DNA from: Phyllobates terribilis | Lineage: Eukaryota | Direction: 5' to 3' | DNA length: 64,000 bases | Assembly (NCBI RefSeq): GCF_046119375.1 | Contig: NW_027362761.1 | Span: forward strand, 1,051,458,001 to 1,051,522,000 | Part shown: positions 59,919 through 64,000 of the stretch, one piece after another | Position numbering within the stretch: the first letter of the stretch is position 1 | Layout: each line of letters begins with the position of its first letter | Position numbers and translations under genes: made by a program | The notes under the pieces: generated by a model | What the model saw: the letters and a program-made list of their open reading frames with translations, nothing else | The model's database searches: none | What the model was told of the DNA's origin: nothing

Positions 59919-61285
59919 CACTGTGTTCCAAATTATTATGCAAAAAGTGTTTAGGAGTGATAAGGGAAGAATTTGTTTGTTTGTCAGTTAAACTCATTGA
60001 TGGTGATGTGTGTCAGGGCTCTTTATATCACTGTAAGCAATTGCAGACACCTGTGCTAATTAGTTTGGCAGGTGTGTCCAATGAAAGGCAAGACTACTTA
60101 AGAAGGCTGTCCCACATTATTAAGCAGCCTACATTTTCTGCCAAAATGGGAAAGAAAAAGGATGTGTCGGCTGCTGAGAAGCAACAAATTGTGGAGTGTT
60201 TAGGTCAAGGCATGACTACAATCAACATTGTGCGATGATCAGGATGAAGTGTCTTGGCAATCAAGAAGTATGTAGCTGATTCACAGTACACACATGTGCG
60301 TGCTGATAAGGGCAAATTGAGGACTCTTTCCTAGAGGCAATTACATCAGGTTAAAAGAGCAGCGGCAAAAAAGCCTTGCCACAGCAGCAGACAAGTTTTT
60401 GAAGCTGCTGGTGCCTCCAACGTCCCCCGAACAACAAGATGCAGGGTCCTTCAGAGGTTTGCAGCTGTGCATACGCCATCCTGTCGACCTCCTCTATCCA
60501 CTTCACACAAGCAGAAACGGCTCCAGTGGGCCAAACATTACATGAAGACTGATTTCAATACTGTTTTGTTCACGGATGAGTGCCGTGCAACGCTCGATGG
60601 TCCAGATGGATGGAGTGGAGGATGGCTGGTTGATGGACACCCCACGCAAACACGGCTACAGCGCCAACAAGGAGGAGGTGGAGTAATGTTTTGGGCTGGA
60701 ATCATGGGGAGAGAGATTGTCGGCCCCTTTAGGATCCCTGAAGGGGTAAAGATGAACTCTATAATGTATGTGGAGTTTCTCAAACAGCACTTCCTGCCAT
60801 GGTTCAAGAAGAAGAACCGTGTATCCCACAGCAAGATCATTTTTATGCATGATAATGCACCATCTCATGCTGCACATAAAACATCTGCATCTCTGGCTGA
60901 TATGGGCATAAAAGGGGACAAACTTATGGTGTGACCCCCATGCTCCCCTGACCTCTACCCCATTCAGAACCTCTGGAGCATCATCAAAAGGAGTGTCTAT
61001 GATGGCGGGAGGCAGTTCACATCTAAGCAACAGCTCTGGGAGGGTATTCTGTCCTCATGCAAAACAATTGAAGCAGAAACCATCCAAAACCTGACAAATT
61101 CAATGGACGAGAGAGTTCAGAAGCTCCTTTCGAACAAGGGGTCCTATGTGAAAATGTAACATCACCTAGAATAAAGTTTTGAGTTGAATACTGTTTGATT
61201 TCAGTTTCTATTAACCTGCTAATGCTTATAATTTCAAAAATGACCATTTTTTTGGTCTTTATTAAAATGAAAAGGTTGATCGAAA
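59919..61285 (+). mobile_element. Tc1/mariner element, right end deleted; degenerate transposase 60146-61159
   Basis: TA|CACTGTGTTCCAAATTATTATGCA left end; motifs LFTDECRAT, FMHDNAPSH, SPDLYPIQNLW; inserted at the TA of a duplicated hAT fragment (AAGCACATGTA). Confidence 0.85.
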
Positions 61286-61409
61286 AGTTTGGGGGATCTA
61301 AGAGTGTGGCAACCCAGTAGTCAGGATTACTTCGAATTCTGACAATATGAGGGTCATGTTGCAGGTAGTGCAGAAAGAAGACACTTATGTGTCTTGCGCA
61401 TCTCGGAGC

Positions 61410-61690
61410 CCCAAAATTATTTTCCGGGCTAGATGCAGCTAAAAATTATTATTAATTTTAAATCTGGTGAAGCTTAGTATAGATGGCCTAATAGAATCAG
61501 TGCTGCACACTGCTACAAAGCCCAAATTATTTTCCAGCCAAGGTACAGATAAACATGATTAGTAATTTTAAATCTTGTGGAGCTTAGTATAGATGGCCTA
61601 ATAGAATCAGTGCTGCACACTGCTACAAAGCCCAAATTAGTCTCCAGCCAAGATACAGATAAACATGATAAGTAATTTGAAAGCTTAAAA
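61410..61690. repeat. ~110-bp tandem repeat in the hAT 3' region
   Basis: AGCTTAGTATAGATGGCCTAATAGAATCAGTGCTGCACAC at 61471 and 61581. Confidence 0.85.
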
Positions 61691-61726
61691 TGGTTGGTGA
61701 GGTGATTTTAACCAATCATCAAGCTT

Positions 61727-64000
61727 TTACTCTCCCCAGGATGACACAGGGGTAGAAAAGTCATTTCGGATCCATGATTTGTTCATCTTTATCAACGTGA
61801 GTCTGTCTACATTATCAGTGGAGAGCCGCGTGCTCTTATCTGTCAGCACACCACCAGCAGCGCTGAACACACGTTCAGACAGAACGCTGGCTGCGGGGCA
61901 TGACAAGATCTCCAAGGCGTAAGTGGCTAGCTCCGGCCATTTATCCAGATTGGAAGCCCAAAAAGAGCAAGGGTCCAGTGACACAGTCATGGCTTCAATG
62001 TTTACTTGGAGATACTCCTGTACCATCGTCTCTAGGCGTTGACTATGTGTCAGACTTCTTGTCTCCTGTGGCCTTGCAAAGGATGGGCTAAAAAAGTGGT
62101 GAAATGATTCCGCAAAATTGATGTTACCAGCAGATACTGTGGTTCTGTTACGGTTTGAGTGCTGAACACTCGACGGTCCCACGGTTGGCAAGTTGGAACT
62201 GTGAGATTCACTACGTGCACCCCTGGTGTTTTGTGGAAAAGCACATGTAAGATTCTGCAACAGTCTCTGCTGATACTCCTGCATGCGTGCATCCCTTTCT
62301 ATGGCAGGAATAATTTCTGCAAATTTACTTTTGTACCGGGGATCTAACAGTGTGGCAACCCAGTAGTCAGGATTATTTCTAATTCTCACAATTCGAGGGT
62401 CATGTTGCAGGTAGTGCAGCAAGAAGGCACTCATGTGTGTTGCGCATCCAGGAGCACCAAGTCCCTGTTGTGTTGGTGGCGAGGTAACAATCCTGCTTCC
62501 TTCCTCTGTCCTCTCCCCCCAACCTCGCACAACAGGAATGTGATCAAGGTCTCCCTCATCTGATGAGTCTTCCATCAGTTCGTCCTCCACTTCTTCCTGG
62601 GCTCCTGCACCTTCCTCACTAGTTTGGCTGCTACCATGCGCCCTGGTAAAACCATCTCCCCCACCCTCACATGCCTGCCGCCTTGGTGCTGCCGACCGTC
62701 TGGACCTTGCAGATGTTAGCCCTTCCGCATACAACTCCTCCTCCTCTACTTCCTCCACCTCCTCTTGTGCCACCACCTGACTCCGAATTCTGTTTAACAT
62801 GTGCTCCAGCATGTAAATCACCAGAATAGTCATGCTGATAATGGCATCGTCAGCACTAAACATCTTCGTCGCCATTTCAAAACTGTGCAGAAGGGTGCAT
62901 AGGTCCCTGATCTGAGACCACTCCTCCAGCGTGATTTGCCCCACCTCTGGATCTCGTTGGCCCAGGCTATACGTCAGAACGTATTGCACCAGGGCTTGTC
63001 GGTGCTGCTACAGTCGCTGCAACATGTGCAGAGTTGAATTCCACCGGGTAGGCACATCACATTTTAGCCAGTGAAGTGGCAGGCCCAACGACTTCTGTAG
63101 AGATGTAAGTCGCTGAGCTGCGGGATGCGAATGGCAGAAGTGAGCACACAGCGACCGTGCCCTCTGCAGAAGGCCATTTAGTCCGGGATAGTGGGCTAAA
63201 AATTGCTGGACAACCAGGTTCAACACGTGAGCCATACAAGTCACCTGTGTGACATTGCCCCGGCGAAGGGCCGCACCCAGGTTTGCAGCATTGTCGCACA
63301 TGGCCTTCCCTGGTTTCAGGTCCAGTGGAGACAACCATTCATGAAATTGGTTCTCCAGAGCTGACCACAACTCCTCAGCTGTGTGACTCACATTTCCCAG
63401 ACATTTCAAAGTAAAAACCGCCTGATGACGTTGAGCCCTACTGACAGCATAGTAAGGAGGTGTGCAGGATCCCTTCTGCACAGTTAGAAAGCTTGTGGCA
63501 TGACCAAACAGGCTTTGGGTGCAGGTGGAGGACCGAGAGGAGGTTGAGGAGGCAGAAGCAGTGGAGGAACTTTGAGATAAAGGGGATTGACGCACAACTC
63601 GTGGGGACGGCAAGACTTGGACAGCAGCCCTTTGTCCTGCTGTCACCATAGTTACCCAGTGCCCAGTCAGCGACATGTAATGTCCCTGTCCATGCCTACT
63701 CGTCCAAGTGTCTGTGGTGAAATGCACGCTGTCACACACAGAGTTTCTCAAAGAAGCGGTGATGTTGTGTGCGACATGCTGGTGGAGCGCAGGCACATCT
63801 TTCTTTGAGAAGTAGTGCCGACTGGGCATCTAGTACTGGGGCACTGCGACGGACATAAGGTCTCGAAAATCCTCTGTGTCCACCAGGCGGAAAGGCAGCA
63901 TTTCTGTAGCCAAGAGCTTGCAGATGATGAAATTCAACCTCTTAGCTTTCTCATGGCTAGGAGGACATGGTCTTTTACTTGTCCACATCTGAGGGACCGA
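61727..64000 (-). pseudogene. hAT transposase, near-intact, two in-frame TAG stops; 5' end outside the window
   Basis: One reading frame from 64000 to 61727 with TAG at 63830-63832 and 63008-63010; HFTTDTWTS, MCDNAAN, CMAH, RWNS, and hATC WPELATYALEILSCPAASVLSERVFS. Confidence 0.9.

Larger units (their letters stand above)
57144..64000 (-). mobile_element. 3' portion of a large hAT element (extends beyond the window) with nested cargo
   Basis: Terminus TAGTGTTGAGCCACCCCCGTAGTGTTCG at 57144; minus-strand transposase at 61727-64000; shared subterminal repeat units at 57960-58025 and 61410-61690. Confidence 0.75.

Overview
Vertebrate nuclear DNA, most likely a frog (inferred from the transposon repertoire and a degenerate 18S fragment resembling amphibian 18S as I recall it). 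Roughly 80-85% of the window is transposon-derived, and no host gene can be named with confidence. The centrepiece is a 19.2-kb piggyBac element (15276-34478; TTAA TSDs, CCCCTTAA termini). It carries a full-length DDD transposase broken by a single TGA and a ~13.4-kb satellite in its 3' subterminal region. The satellite is built from a ~190-bp module in strictly alternating orientation (~374-383-bp palindromic units), with flip/flop loop isomers and 2.66/5.31-kb higher-order periodicity. A 3.65-kb non-autonomous piggyBac nearby (10033-13682) shows the unamplified module. Also present: three large hAT elements (one with an antisense transposase fragment, one carrying an 18S rRNA fragment) and an 868-bp hAT derivative; four Tc1/mariner copies; two clear solo LTRs and one probable one; a Penelope-like retroelement; an L1-type RT fragment; V-SINE-like fragments; Harbinger-type MITEs; and four hammerhead-ribozyme motifs showing covariation at the 3-8 core pair. 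All counts and alignments were done by eye.
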